Source: Dicyema japonicum
Taxonomy: Eukaryota; Animalia; Dicyemida
Assembly: GCA_011109175.1 (NCBI GenBank)
Contig: RDEW01000007.1
Location: 1,192,295-1,256,294 of the forward strand
Direction of reading: 5' to 3'
Length of the DNA: 64,000 nt
A model generated the notes under the pieces. The model ran no database searches and was not told the origin of the DNA. It saw nothing but the letters and a program-made list of their open reading frames with translations. The translations under genes and the position numbers were made by a program. Below, piece after piece: positions 23,956 through 37,168 of this stretch. The number at the start of each line of letters is the position of its first letter. Positions within the stretch are counted from its first letter, which is position 1.

Positions 23956-26900
23956 TTTTTGGTTGAGGTGGTGACGTCCCTCTACTTGCACTATGTCTTC
24001 TTCGTATTGCTTACCAGTTTCTCCCCTCACTCTTGGATCCCTCAACTGCCGAGGCCTCAATCAGTGCTACAAGAAACAACAATTGGCGCGTGATCTGAGT
24101 AAATACAACATCTCTGTCTGTTGTTTGCAAGAGACGAAAATAACCGAACAATCTGCAGAACTGTTTCAGAATTTTTACCTTTTGACCCTCACACCAGACT
24201 GCAGGCACTATGGGCTCGGATTTGCTGTTCATCGGCACTTGTTTCACTGTGTCTCAAGAGTATGGGCAGTATCTGACCGTGTCGCGGTGTTACAAATCAA
24301 ATGCGGAAACAAACTCAACTCAGTGATCTCCATCATAAATGTATATGCCCCAACCGGAGCACGTGTATCAACGAATATCGAAGAACTGGATACGTTTTAC
24401 TCTACTCTCACAAGTGTGTACAACTCACTTTCATCCTCTTACTTTCTTTTTATCGCCGGGGACTGGAACGCCAGGGCCGGAAAAGCAAGACCTGGTGAAA
24501 CGTGTATTGGATCCCACGGTAGAAACCGCCGTAACATCCCCGGAGAGGCATTAATACAATTTTGCACGGCATTCAACCTACTCATATGCAACACTTGTTT
24601 CAAGCACCCGGCAAGACACAGGACCACGTGGGTTGGTACCAGAAAAGGCAAATCTGGAAACACAGTCAATATATACAATCAGATCGACTAATATTATCTG
24701 CAAGCAACATCAGAAGGCCCTCCTACAGGACTCGAGATCTTACGGTGGACTTGAAACAAGTAGCGATCATAAACTTGTGGTCGCCCGGCTAGTACTTAAA
24801 AGAATCCATGGAATACACGGGAAACACAAAGGCCTTACCTCAGTACGTTTCGACACTGAGAGGTTACGCTACGAAGAATCCACCAAATGTCGTTATAGTG
24901 CAGTTCTGAGAGATAGCATCAACAGTATTAACCAAAATCAGCCGACAAACAGCTTATGGGATGAAATAGTGGTTGCTATCCAAAACACAGCCTTTAGTGT
25001 GCTTGGTCACATCACCAAATCTCGTCACAAACAATGTAATCCGGATATCGGACAACTCTCTGTAACACAGAAAGAGCTCAGACTCCGGATGGAAAACACA
25101 AACGCTCCGGAAGATATCAAAGTACTGCGCACCCAGAGAGGGAGAGTCTTAACGAAGATCAAACAAATACAAAGATTCCTTGCCAAAAATGAAGCTGAGG
25201 AGAAAATCTCAGACATATTAAAGTACAAGAACGGACCAAGAATGTTCAAAGCAATCCGGCTTCTTAGCAGAGAAAACTGTCCAATTTCGTTAACTGTCCA
25301 TGACAACCTTGGTCACGACGTTATCGGGACCATTAACAAAGCAAACGTTCTGGCATCCCATTTTGACCTTATGTTCAACAAACAGGACGCGGCTGACCAA
25401 GCAATGAAATCTCGGAAGTCTTACAAGTACACTCTAACTAGCCCTATTACCATATCCGAAACTCAACAAGCTATTAAAAAATTAAATACCGGAAGATCTG
25501 CCGGACCAGACTTCATTACTGCAGAACTTTTACAATACGGCCCGGAGGAGCTAATTGAAATGATTACTAACATTTTCAACCGGTCTCTCGAGGGTGCAGA
25601 TGAACTGGAACTGGGAAAAGGGTGGCTAATTCCACTACAAAAACCGGGAAAAAGTAAAGGCCCCCCTCACAACTTCAGACCTATTATACTCCTAACCTCC
25701 ATACGAAAAACATTATCCCTCATTGCTTTAAACCGAATAAAGGAGAGGGTGAACATATTTCTTTCGGACGGCCAAAGTGGATTCCGGACGGGCAGGTCCA
25801 CGGCTGACGTGGTATGGGGGCACAGGTGGTATTGTGCCCTGTGCCAAAAATACAAAAAATCTATTGAGATACTTGGTATCGACATGTCCCGTGCGTTCGA
25901 CTCGGTGGACCGTGGAAAACTTATGGAAGTGTTGGAGAGTTTTCTACTGCCTGACGATGTCAAAATAATACACTTACTCATGCGGAACACTCAACTTGCC
26001 GTCAAAATTGGTGACTCTACCTCTAACTTTTTTTCGACCTCACGTGGAGTTCCACAGGGGGACTCACTATCCCCGGTCCTCTTTATTGTCTACCTTGAGG
26101 CCGCACTAAGAGAGTTCAGACCCCTGGTTGGCAACAATTATAACGAGATAATCTACGCGGACGACCTGGACTTTGTTTCTGAGGATATTCAAGTACTTCA
26201 ACACATGCTTAACGTTCTTCCACACGTATTCTCGAAATGGTTCTTAACCGTTAACACCGATAAAACAGAGTTCACAACACTTACACGCAATGATCGAAGA
26301 TCGGACGAGTCTTGGAGAAAGCAAAAGAAGGTGGGTTCGCTTCTCGGGGACTCAGAAGATGTTTCTCGGAGGAAAATCCTCGCAATGTGTGCACTAAAGA
26401 AAGTATCGAATATGTGGGGTCATAAGAAGAGGATGGGATTAAACACCAAACTCAGAATATATAAGGCTTTTGTCATCCCCGTCCTGACCTACAATTCAGG
26501 CACTTGGGGAATCTCTAAACAAGAGATGGACCGTCTTGACGCTTTCCACAGGACACAATTGAAATCAGTAATCAAGATCAAGTGGCCTAAGAAGATCTCA
26601 AACAATGACCTCTACTCGAAGTGCAAATCTGGTATACTATCCGAGGAGATCTTCAGATCAAGATGGAGTCTCTTTGGACATATCTTACGTCTAAATGCTC
26701 AAGTACCCGCGAATATCGCCATGGAAAACTACCCAATGCATACGGGAGCCGGTTTCCGTGGAAGACCAAGAGTCACACTCCCAACTATTTTGAATGGAGA
26801 CCTGTCGGCTGTGGGACTGAAGCTCACTTCCGCAGACGACCTAGATACCTTAAGGGAACTGGCACGAAGTAGAGGGTCCTGGAAAAGGCTGATAAAGAGG

Positions 26901-26979
26901 ATGGCTAGAAATACGGCACAAGGGAGGCTTGATTAATTTTATGACTTCTCGGGAGTGCTTTAAAATAAATAATAATAAT
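23956..26979 (+). mobile_element. Full-length RTE-clade non-LTR retrotransposon
   Basis: 11-bp TSD AATATCCACTA (23945-55 / 26980-90), 37-nt 5'UTR, single APE-RT ORF, short 3'UTR with a (TAA)n tail. Confidence 0.92.
23993..26936 (+). CDS. APE endonuclease-reverse transcriptase ORF (~980 aa), one +1 frameshift at ~24690
   Basis: APE motifs LQETK, NVYAPT, GDWNAR, NQID-YI and SDHKLV. RT motifs QSGFR, IDMSRAFDSV, GVPQGDSLSP and YADD. C-terminal RWSLFGHILR and RGRPRVT. Confidence 0.9.
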
Positions 26980-28289
26980 AATATCCACTAAGTAAGCCAT
27001 ATCATGTTTAACGGATTCTAGTTCCGGCCCAATTTGAGAAATTCTACAACAGTGCTGAAAAAAGAGAAAATCCGCGCCAAACAGTCGCCCTTTGATAACC
27101 ACCGTATTTCAGTATGTATTAATAGTCGTATAAAATATTTATCATTTTCAACACATAGCTCTCGAAAAAAACGTGAATTTAAAGAGTTATTTAATTTATT
27201 AATATCAAAAATAACTCTATTGATGGAGTCATGTAGACGACCATTTGTATTTTTAGCAACCAGATGCTGTCGATGGATCACACATTGAATAGTCATTACA
27301 TTTTGTACGTGTTGTTTTAAGTATGCCATAAAACCGCGATAGCGACCAATCATTGAAGGTGCCCCATCAGTTGCACATGCAACTATATTTGTTAATGTAT
27401 ATTTTTAAGACAGAGAAATTCAAGGATTTTGTCGAACATTAATTTCTCCTTTGTATTAGTTTCAAACTTTCAAGCAAAAGTAATTCCTGCATAACTCGAC
27501 CATACTTGACAAAACTTACATATGCAAGTCATTTCCAGGAAGTATTGACTCATCTAATTGTAGACTGAATTCCGTATTTTTCAGTATTAAACAAAGATCG
27601 TTTTCCACATCGAAAGCCATATCATCAATACGTCTCTGTATCGTATTGTTGCTAAGCGAAATCGACTCAATAATATTCTGGGAAGGTTGGTGCATTACTG
27701 TTTTCAGTACTTCATGAATTGATGGTATTATCAGTTCCTCCCCAATTCTGTGCGGTTTCCCCGACTGGCGATAAGTAAAGCGATGTTATATGATGCAACA
27801 ACGCCATCATCACTACGTTTATTATTAATGGAGAATATTTTCTCCAGGCTCAGTTGATTTTTTTGTTTCCCTGAAACTTTTGGAAAAAACGTCAGCGGCT
27901 GGTTAGAATTATTTGGATGGACCTATATTTTAATAAAATATAAGAACCCTTCGTAAATGCTGACTTAATATAGAAGGCTTCATAGCCTCGCTAGAGAATA
28001 ACTTTAAGCATAATAAACAGAAAGGTCGTCTTTCATCATTAGGAGATGCGATGAAACCATATTTTAAATATTGAATATTATATTGACGAATTATTTATTT
28101 AGTGAATCTTTTTCCATTGTTGAATAATAATGTAAATTTAAAATTACAGGTTCACCATACTGAAATTCTATTATATTAATTAGTTGTATGATATAAATTT
28201 ACGAATAATTTATAATCGCCCTCGATAAACGATTTAATCAAAAATGCCCCTTTTGAATTTCTTATCGCCCACTCTGGGAAACCCTGTTC

Positions 28290-28800
28290 TACATGATTGT
28301 TTTCTCAAAATTTACGGAGAATTTCCCGACGTCGACAATTTAATTGCATCAATTAAAAGTGCTACAACAAAGAATAAATCAAGAAGATATCTGTTCAGAG
28401 ATATAGGATGTCCTCCAGATGTTGTTACCACAAGGTATTTATCTTAATTTTTAAATAGGGGTAATTGGTTATCTGCAGTAAAATACTACTTGGAAAAATT
28501 ACGACGCCGTATATATATTAATTCTTTTGAATGTGAGGGAATTCTAACAAATAACGCAATCAATTCAATTAGCATATGTACACGGTATTCGTTAAGAACA
28601 AGCGTTTTGAACTATTCTGGATTGGATATGTTGCTCAAAGAGTCGGCAATTTTTTTTCCAATCTTAAATGCAAACTCATTTAAACCTCAGAATCGACCTT
28701 CTCAATACAGAAAGACGCATGGTAAATCACTTTAGATCAAGTTTATCATTCTTTGAATTTTTACGAGAATTCTGTGGAATGAATTGATAAAAGTAACAAG
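28290..28800 (+). mobile_element. hAT-like transposase remnant (TRWG type)
   Basis: DVDNLIASIKSATTKNKSRR...IGCPPDVVTTR...GNWLSAVKYY, homologous to 13000-13620. Confidence 0.55.
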
Positions 28801-29139
28801 AATTTAAAATTTTAACTTCATTTTTACATCATAAACAACAGATATTAGTTCGTGAGTCTAGAATGTTTAAATTAATGACTTACTCGTTCTTGTTAATGAC
28901 TTACTTTGTAAAATAAAATAGACTCGAAAAAGTTAAATTGAGGCTGGACAGACTCCATAACCGTTTGCTGAGTAATTTCTTAGTACTTTCGGTGCAGTAG
29001 TCCAGGTTAGTTTGAAGAAATACTTTGCACAAAGAGCATGTGCTCACTTTATTAATCAAATAATATAATTTAATATAAGTTAATTTAAAATTTTGATTAT
29101 TTTTTATAATTTAATTTAAATTTTTTTTATTTTAACCTA

Positions 29140-29830
29140 AAATGATTGAAATGTCTCTGACTTATGGAAGATTGGAAATCATCCTATTTTGAAATATACG
29201 ACCAATACATTGAGCCATGCATTTCTTATGCATGTAGCACATAGGACCCATTCATCTCTTGGACAAGTGTTTTGTTGTGGAAATTCCCAGTCTCAATGCC
29301 TCTGGAATCCCTAATACGTGAGAACCGAGGAACATGTCGTTGAGACTACGGAGATCCATTTATTCGGCCAGTAAGTGCTTGTGTGGGGGGTGAGGGCATT
29401 GGGCCAGTTGAGGTCTCTAATAGAACGTGCTGTGATCAAGTGATTAGTATTCGTGTCTGCGTGGGTTTCGCTGTTATCATTACTGAACCATTGATTAATA
29501 CATAATTGTGGACAATGTCGATTTCCCGCTCCTCATATCTGAAACGGGAGAGTTCAATAATTATCATTGGTTAGGACTCAAAATCCATCTTTTCTAGAAT
29601 TACAAAGTAATCTCTTAAAGGCGGCCAGTCTACCGAGCTCCAACCTGTTTCATATACTATCGAAATATTTACAAACAAACAAAAAGTTATCTCAAATCCA
29701 CCTTTAAATCTCCGGTCAGTTGTAAATAGAATGAACTGAGACTTGGATGCAGACACACATCAAATTCACGGATAGTCAGTCACACACCTGGTTGAAGTAT
29801 GACTGAACTACCGCCACAGTCCTGGAAGCT
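29140..29830. mobile_element. Ingi-like RT fragments (plus 29140-29420; minus 29660-29830)
   Basis: SASKSQFILFTTDRRFKGGFEITFC matches 12600-12680. QYIEPCISYAC matches 56949-57206. Confidence 0.55.
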
Positions 29831-30600
29831 TGAAAAGTCCTTAGAAGTTGAACATAATTAATCATTTTAATAATAGCTGCGAGACATGTAGAGTATATGT
29901 CTCACAATGCATTTTAATGAATTCAAACAAGAAACTCCTAAAATATTCTTAAACTATACGAATTTAAAGCAGATATTGTGCATTTATACGAAAAAAAACA
30001 AAATGTATGAAATTGACAGCTTTATTTATCAAAAAATAAAAATCTAATGATTTTGTTTCCAATACATATTATAGTAAAGTGGGTCTCGGAATTTCTTGTT
30101 ACGGATGTTTCCCTGTTCTTTCAATGTGTAGACTAATTGACTAACTAGTTCGTGAATGGTTCTCTTGGAGTATCTCTACTGACGTGACCCCTTTCCCTAT
30201 TCTAATATGTACATGGAATTATTGATGAATTTATGGATAACACTACCTTGGGAACTATGGAGATTTGTATTAATATGGTTCCTGCCTCGAAAGGCTCAAA
30301 CTATGCTGGGATCTTCTTATACCCTTCTTACGAAAGAAGACTACTGTCCCTTAATTTCCTTCATTAGGTTTTATAATTGCTTAATTTCTCCTCAGTCCTC
30401 ATTCGATATCAAACTTTATAGCCACTCTCCTCGTCATCCAAGCAGTGGGATGATTCGCTCTTTTTTCTACAATGATCTTGGACTTTGATGAACAGATCAA
30501 ATGCCATATCTATGACCAAAAGCGGATTATATTTTTGCAGCAATTTTCACCTAAATTCTAAAGTCGCTGAATGAAAATATTTTAATGACGATTGATTGTA

Positions 30601-30924
30601 TAATAATATAATAACCGCCTTTTTCACGGAGCCGTGGTATTAGCTTTGCATAGGAAGGACACACTTTATTTAAGTAAAGAACAGTTAATTTTAACTAATC
30701 GTAGAACCAAGGAATGATCTTCACTTTTATTTTCTTTTTCTTGTGTGTGGGTCCTTCTTTGACAATCCAGTTCCGCAGTAAGAGTCCACTGATGACAGCG
30801 TCACTCGTCAAGCCTTTTTAGCATCGTAGATGCGTGGAACCTTCCACCAGGTGAACAGCAGCGAGAATCGAACCCGTAACCTAAATCACTTTAGCCCGAC
30901 ACCTAACCACTATACCACCCGGCT
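30601..30924 (-). mobile_element. SINE family A, full-length tRNA-derived SINE
   Basis: Minus strand has A box TGGTATAGTGGTTAG and B box GGTTCGATTCT, a body, and a (TTA)n tail. 13-bp TSD ACGATTGATTGTA at 30588-30600 / 30925-30937. Confidence 0.85.
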
Positions 30925-30937
30925 ACGATTGATTGTA

Positions 30938-31660
30938 CAGTCGAACCCCGGGGTGGGGCATCAAAGTGCCCCAAAAAGCGGGGGTGCCCTCCAAAACCGG
31001 GGTTTGGTTCAAACTATTGATTTATGGTTGATTTACTTAAATTTTTGTTTACTTTGCGAAAAAGGAACTTCTTCACCTTTTCCAAAGTGTTTATAAAATA
31101 AGTTGTGATTTTTGCTTTATAGTTTGATAGATTTCTATTCTATGTTTTTTATTCGATTTTTATTAATTAACAAATCATTATTTTTAAAGCATTTTTTTGA
31201 AATAATCAGTCAATTTCAAATTTTTCTTATTTCTTAAATCTTTTCCAAGTTGAAATCTAAGCTTATAATATTTTTGTAATGTCTCAAAAGATGTATTTTG
31301 AGCTACATTTTCTAACTTATCCATCATTTCATAAGTTTTGATATCGTTGTTTTGTCCTCTGTGTCAACTCCATTATAAAACTCGCTACTCTTGACTAGAT
31401 CTTTGTTTACTTCAGATATTACTTCAGTTACTATTTCTTCCAGGAGTTCTTCCCCACAATTTTTATCTTCAACTGATTCTTCTCTATTTTCTTCCAACAA
31501 TTAATTATTGTTGTTTCTTTAACTTCCATCCACGCTTTTTTAACAAGTACCATAATCTGTCGCATATCTATATTTTTCAAAGATTTAAGACTAATTGTTG
31601 TATCTTCTTCCAAATTGAGCATAAAATCCATTAGGAAGTTTATGTAATGTACTTTAAAAC
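30938..31660 (-). mobile_element. pogo/Tigger-like transposon 3' part
   Basis: TA|CAGTCGAACCCCG terminus. Minus ORF ...LVKKAWMEVKETTIINCWKK is typical of a Tigger C-terminus. Confidence 0.7.
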
Positions 31661-31959
31661 ACTTTATTATGTCGCGAGCGCTACCTGCAATATCGATTTT
31701 TTCCTCGAAATTAAACGAATAGTCTTAAGACAATCACAAGTCGAACTCAGTCAACAACAACGATTTATTGACAAAGGAGTTAAGGAGATTTCTGGAGAAT
31801 ACTCACAAGTCGAACTCAGTCAGATAACAGATAACATAATTTATTTGCAAAACCCCAACTAACTAAACAAAGTAAGAGTTATTAACTAAAGAGGAAAGCC
31901 AAGATTTGGGGACGTCTATATCGGGGCACTCTCATGAGACACCGTATGTCTCTTCTCCG

Positions 31960-32830
31960 TAAAAAGCCCCAATTACAATGCGAGTTTCCACAAGCAATGT
32001 AATAAATCACCGATTCTTCTCGTTTTTCTTTCGTATTCGTCATCAATTTCAGATGCTAAATCCAATCCATGTGCGAGTTTAATTGCATAATTTCGACTGA
32101 AGTTAAAATCTTTAACTCTCCAGACTTCATCCATTTTACAAGGCATTTTCCATCTTGATTGGTTGTTACACAACCATAGTCAGTATGTTTAGCGTTCATG
32201 TCCCCAACAAGGATTGGATGTTCATTGTTTTCCATAAATTTGTCAACAATCCATGGATACTCTCGTAGTTTTTTAGAATAGATTCCTCCGATAGTTATCC
32301 ATCCCATGGTTGTTTGTAGTTGAATGCTTGCTAGTTCACAAAGATAATTAGAACATCCATCTGGATCGTGCTGGCTAGAGCAACCAGAACTGAGGCCCGT
32401 TTGCGAAGAGAACGGGCATAAATCAGGGTTATCCTGACTACTTCTGGTTTTTTCGGTGGCTGCCCTCTCTTCTTAAGAGCGCACCTCTCTTCTCTGTGTT
32501 GAAGCTTCTACTCTTTCTTTTTTAGAAGGTTTCTTATTATATGTTCTATTCCAGCCAGTTTTAATTTCTTATTCGTTTCAATTTTGGAAACTTCACTTTC
32601 TCCATTATGGGCATTTTCTCGTTTTAGAGATAATTTTCCATTCGATTCTTTCCTTTTTTGGTCAATTTTGTTTTTCTTCGCTATGTTAGCTTCAACAGCC
32701 TTGGGGCATCTTCCATAATTGGCAAAGTGACTGGATGAACCACAATTCAAACGACTTATTATTCTTCTTAACCGGACACTGCGATCTTGTATGTGAATCA
32801 AAACAAACAAGGCATCTTCCAACAAATCTC
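31960..32830 (-). mobile_element. Inverted, deleted relative of the Jockey-like element at 32969
   Basis: NCGSSSHFANYGRCPKA and GWITIGGIYSK...GDMNAKHTDYGCVTTNQDGKCL mirror 33540-34500. Confidence 0.8.
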
Positions 32831-32968
32831 CATTAGGCCTGCAGTATGTTTCTCAATCTCGTAATATATTCCTTCGTCTTGTAGCACCAGTGGCACCACT
32901 TATTCACCAGTGGCACCACGAGGTCCTCAAAAAACTTGTGAGAAATCTTTTTTTGAACTTTTCTATCA

Positions 32969-35900
32969 ATGTTCGCTGTAAGATTAATTGTTAATTCTAA
33001 ACATGGGAATTTAACTATTGTTAACATCTTTGATGGGATGGAATCAGCCAGAAGAGCTAGAGCTGGCGATTTTATCCTGCAGTTTAAGAACTTGGAAGAC
33101 CTTGAAGATTTCAAAAAATCAATGAATGATAGTAATCCTTTTGGATTGGGTGGACATGAGATGGAGGAAGTAAAATTGCCTCCTTCGACTATATTCTAAA
33201 AAATGTTCCGACATGGATAGAGATGGATGAATTAAAGGATTTTCTTCGGTCAAAGTTGACAGGAGATTTCCGAGCTGAAAGATTTGTACGCCGTGGTGTT
33301 AGCTTGCCTATTGTTAAGCTTGTCTTAACAAGCAGGGGAGAAGCAGAATCCATTGTCAGATTGGGATTGATTATTGGATTTTTGAAGATAAAAGCGGAAT
33401 GGTATATAAAACGAGAAATTCAGTGTTTTCGTTGTCAACAGTTTGGACATATTGCTCGGTTTTGCAAGAACTTAGAAAAGTGTTTACATTGTTCGGGATC
33501 ACATAGAAGATCTGAATGTAAAGCATCGCATGATACAAAAAATTGCGTTAATTGTGGGTCGACTACTCATCTGGCAAATTATGGAGGTTGTCCGAAAGCT
33601 TTGGAAGCCAATCGTGAGAAAATGAAGAAAGTTGCTGAAAAGTCAAAAGTCTCCAAAAAAGAAGATAAGGAACTTGCCAAATCCGGAAATAATCATACTA
33701 TATCAAAAAATTCTAAGTCAGCGTTTCTTGATGGTCGAACTTGTTGGAATATTCCAACGGTCAGAAGGGCAACAGTAGAAGCTTCTACTCAGACAGAAGA
33801 ACCTGTGAAGGGAAAGAAAGAAGAAATCTCAACACAGGTCAATGATGGTGAATGTCAACTTGATTATTCACAAACTTTGGAAAAATTAGAAAAAACATTA
33901 TAGAAGTAACGAAAACAAAAAAGGATACGAAGCATTTATTGGATTTGGTGGCGATCCTAAGAGGAGGGATCAGCCACCAAAAAAATCAGATGTAATCAGG
34001 ATAACCCTGATTAATGTCCGCTCTCTTCGGAAGCGGGCTTCAGAGCTGACTGCATTGGTCAGCACAGTGCATATGGATGTTTTGATAGTAAATGAGACGA
34101 AGATCAAAAGGGAAGTTCTTTTAAACTTAATGGATTTTCATTAATTGATATTCCGTGGAAGAAGGGTTCTATTCTGGAACTGGAACTTCGATTTATTATA
34201 AATCTAATTTGAATATGAAAAGACCAAGAATTATTGAAGAAGATGTATGTGAACTAGTCAGTGTGCAAATACAAACAAATATTGGATGGATAACAGTTGG
34301 AGGAATTTATTCTAAAAGCATACGTGAGTACCCTTTGATCATTGAGAAATTTTTTAACGAAAACGTGAATGCGATTTTGGTTGGGTACATGAACGCAAAG
34401 CATGTTGATTATGGATGTGTTACAACAAATCAGGATGGAAAATGTCTTATAAAGTGGATGGAATCAGGAGAATTGAAAATTTTGACGTCAGCAGAAATAA
34501 ATCACTATGCAATTTATAGTGGTGATAAACTTGGATTGTTCATAATGCCTCTGACGATGAGTGAAATGTGTGATCCTCCATATATCGAAAATGACATAGG
34601 AAATGACCACATCCCACAAACGATTGAATTAAGAACTGGTCCGGTTTACACACGACATTTATTCATTGGATATGATGTCAGCAAAATTGATTGGAATCAC
34701 TTCAATTTCTACATCAGATTGAAAATTGGTAATGTTTGTGATTTGGGGATTTCGAAACCGGAAGATATCGACATTCTGGATAACAAAATAAGATCTTTGT
34801 TGTTATCTGGAAAATTATGGAAAAAGAAAAAATCTGTTGCCGCAGGAGAATATGATAATAGGAGTAGAAGAACGCTCTTTGCGTCAGGATAAGAATAAGT
34901 TAGAAAATAAATTAAGGAGGTGTTGGGATATCTTCAACTCTCAAGAACTTAAAATGCAGATCAAGTTAGTGAAGAAGAAAATAATGGATGTTGTAAAGAA
35001 GAATGAAGAAAAAGTATGGAAAAAAGAATGTTCAAAGTTACGTCGACAGAATCCAAAATTTTGGAAACTATATGTAAGAATGAATTCTCCAGTAATAAGA
35101 ATGAAGAAATATCTCTCAAGTCAGATGATGATCTCACTATTCCAAAAGAAGAAGTTCCAAATGTTTTACGTCAACAATTGTCCAAATTTCAAGAGATTTA
35201 TTCCGATAGAAGTACAAGATACAAGAAGTAGTTATAAAGAAAAGTCGAAACTGAGTGATCCCTTGTGTCATCCTATAACGCTGGAAGAAATAAATGCTGC
35301 AATTAAGGGTTGCAAAAATAAAGCACCAGGGTGGGATTTTATCTCAATGAGTATTTTCAAGAACGCAGGCCCAATTTTAATTGAGTGCCTAAAAATATTA
35401 TATAATTCTTCTTGGAGTTTTGGCCATGTTCCAGCTTATTGGAAACGAACAATTGTACGCATGGTTGTGAAAAAAGGAAAGCCAAGGTCAAAAGCAGATA
35501 ATTATAGGCCAATTAGCCTAGTCTGCTCAATATCGAAAGTTATGGAAAAAATTGTTTTCAATCGTCTATCAAGGCATGTTGAGGACAATAATTTTCTCTC
35601 TGATAATCAACTGGGATTTCGGCATAAAAAGGGACTGGAGATTGCTTTAAAGAGCTAAGTTCTGCAATCGAAATTTCACGAAATAAAAAGGAATTTCTTA
35701 CAATATCATGTTTGGATATAACAAAAGCGTTTGACAGTGTTTGGCACATTTGACTTCTTGATACGTTGTCAAAAGCAGAAATTGGGAAAACTGCGTTATT
35801 ATGGATAAAAACTACTCTTCAATTGCGTAATAAGAGATTTGCCGAAAACAGAGAGCGTAAATAGTCAAATGATTATTTATGCTGATGACATTCTTGAGCT

Positions 35901-36150
35901 TGATTCAAGCATAAATAAACAAATTTCATGGAAAAGGGTGGAATCCCATATTACTAAGATTGGAAAGTGGTGCCAAAAAACAATTGGTTGACTCTATCGA
36001 GAGAAAAAACAACAGTCACTTGGATTGCAAGTAAAAGAAAAAATATTAATCAATGTGTGAATACTGGGAATATAAAAATCTCTGAAACATTGAAGTATCT
36101 CGGATTGTTGATAGATCGAAGAGGATCTTTTAAGGAGCATATTAAAACTT
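32969..36150 (+). mobile_element. Jockey/I-group non-LTR retrotransposon, degraded (gag-like ORF1 + APE-RT ORF2)
   Basis: Three zinc knuckles (CFRCQQFGHIARFC, CLHCSGSHRRSEC, CVNCGSTTHLANYGGC). APE motifs INVRSL, VNETK and NDHIP. RT motifs KAPGWD, NYRPISL, QLGFR, DITKAFDSVWH and YADD. Confidence 0.85.
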
Positions 36151-37168
36151 GATCAGTATGTTCACACAGCTGTTGCCTTACACGATTTATTAGATCACTT
36201 TACTAGTTGGTTTATGAAGAACCTATTATACACAAGTCCTGAAAATCATGGACAATGATATTTACTTTCAAATAGAATACTAATTAACTCTCCACTGCTC
36301 TTACCCCTTAATGGAAATATAATTCACTCCAAAGAATATCTCAAGTTATTGGGTATCACCTCCGGCTGCTCCACTGAAGTTGAGGAGAGAGAAACCTTTT
36401 CGGATCCGTTCAGGCAATACACGGGACTCGAGTAATATGAATCCAAAAATGTTTCTTAAAAATCGACAAAAAATTAGCAAAATAATCGGCCAGATATTAC
36501 GGGATACGGATTTGAACTGCAGCTTATCACGAAAGACACCACAACCATATAACCAACTGGCACTTTATTTCTAATTACTTTATATATAACACATTCGTAT
36601 AAATTTTGTTAAGAAATAAGGCATGCTCTAAGGAACAGATCATGTACTAAGTTCATATTGATTGCAAGCCCTCAGTTTTAGATTTTTAAATTTCTGTAGA
36701 TTTTACTAGTAAACATAGCTAACCCCTAAATTATATGCGGGGTTAATAAATTTAGTATAGACAGCAGACCTCAAGCTATTCATTAACCGTAACCTAATTA
36801 GAATAATGGACATTTGATTCTAGCGACACGGCATTGGATTATCTACATCGTTAATCCTCAGAGCGCACAAAAACTGATTATTCCTCGAGCAGAGCATAAA
36901 CACTATAATATCATGCTCGACTCTGAAACTTGTGCCCTTATAAAGATAAGCAACGTACTGAAGATAAATCGGCATCTAAAATTTAATCTGCTTTGTTGTC
37001 AATATACTAATTAAGTTCCATCACGTGAGACTATCATCCGGTCATGCACGCGATAACATTTGTTGATTGAACTACAATTACTCTTGTGAAAACCCCTGCA
37101 AATAGTGGTGAGATTCTGATAGTAGGAGGATGATTCGGTAATCATTATGTAACTCTTCTAGTCCACAA

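Larger units (their letters stand above)
23357..28286 (-). mobile_element. hAT Buster/Charlie-type DNA transposon (decayed) hosting the RTE insertion
   Basis: TIRs CAGGGGTTCCCAAACT / CAGGGTTTCCCAGAGT; 8-bp TSD TTCTATAT (23349-56) / TTCTACAT (28287-94) with central TA. Transposase motifs: FSLQLDESI, ACATDGAPSMIG, CVIHRQHL, HTEIRWLSKG, MAYLVDIFAKFNELN (split by the RTE). Confidence 0.9.

Noticed and set aside
24633-24700. Programmed frameshift or two-ORF structure in the RTE
   Set aside because: The break falls inside the conserved APE motif NQIDYI with no slippery site. A single extra A explains it.
25025-25990. Antisense ORFs over the RTE and other RT regions
   Set aside because: Shadow ORFs of coding sequence on the opposite strand, with no independent motifs.
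30850-30924. Functional tRNA gene
   Set aside because: A and B boxes are present but there is no clean cloverleaf. It continues into a repeated body with tail and TSD, so it is a SINE head.
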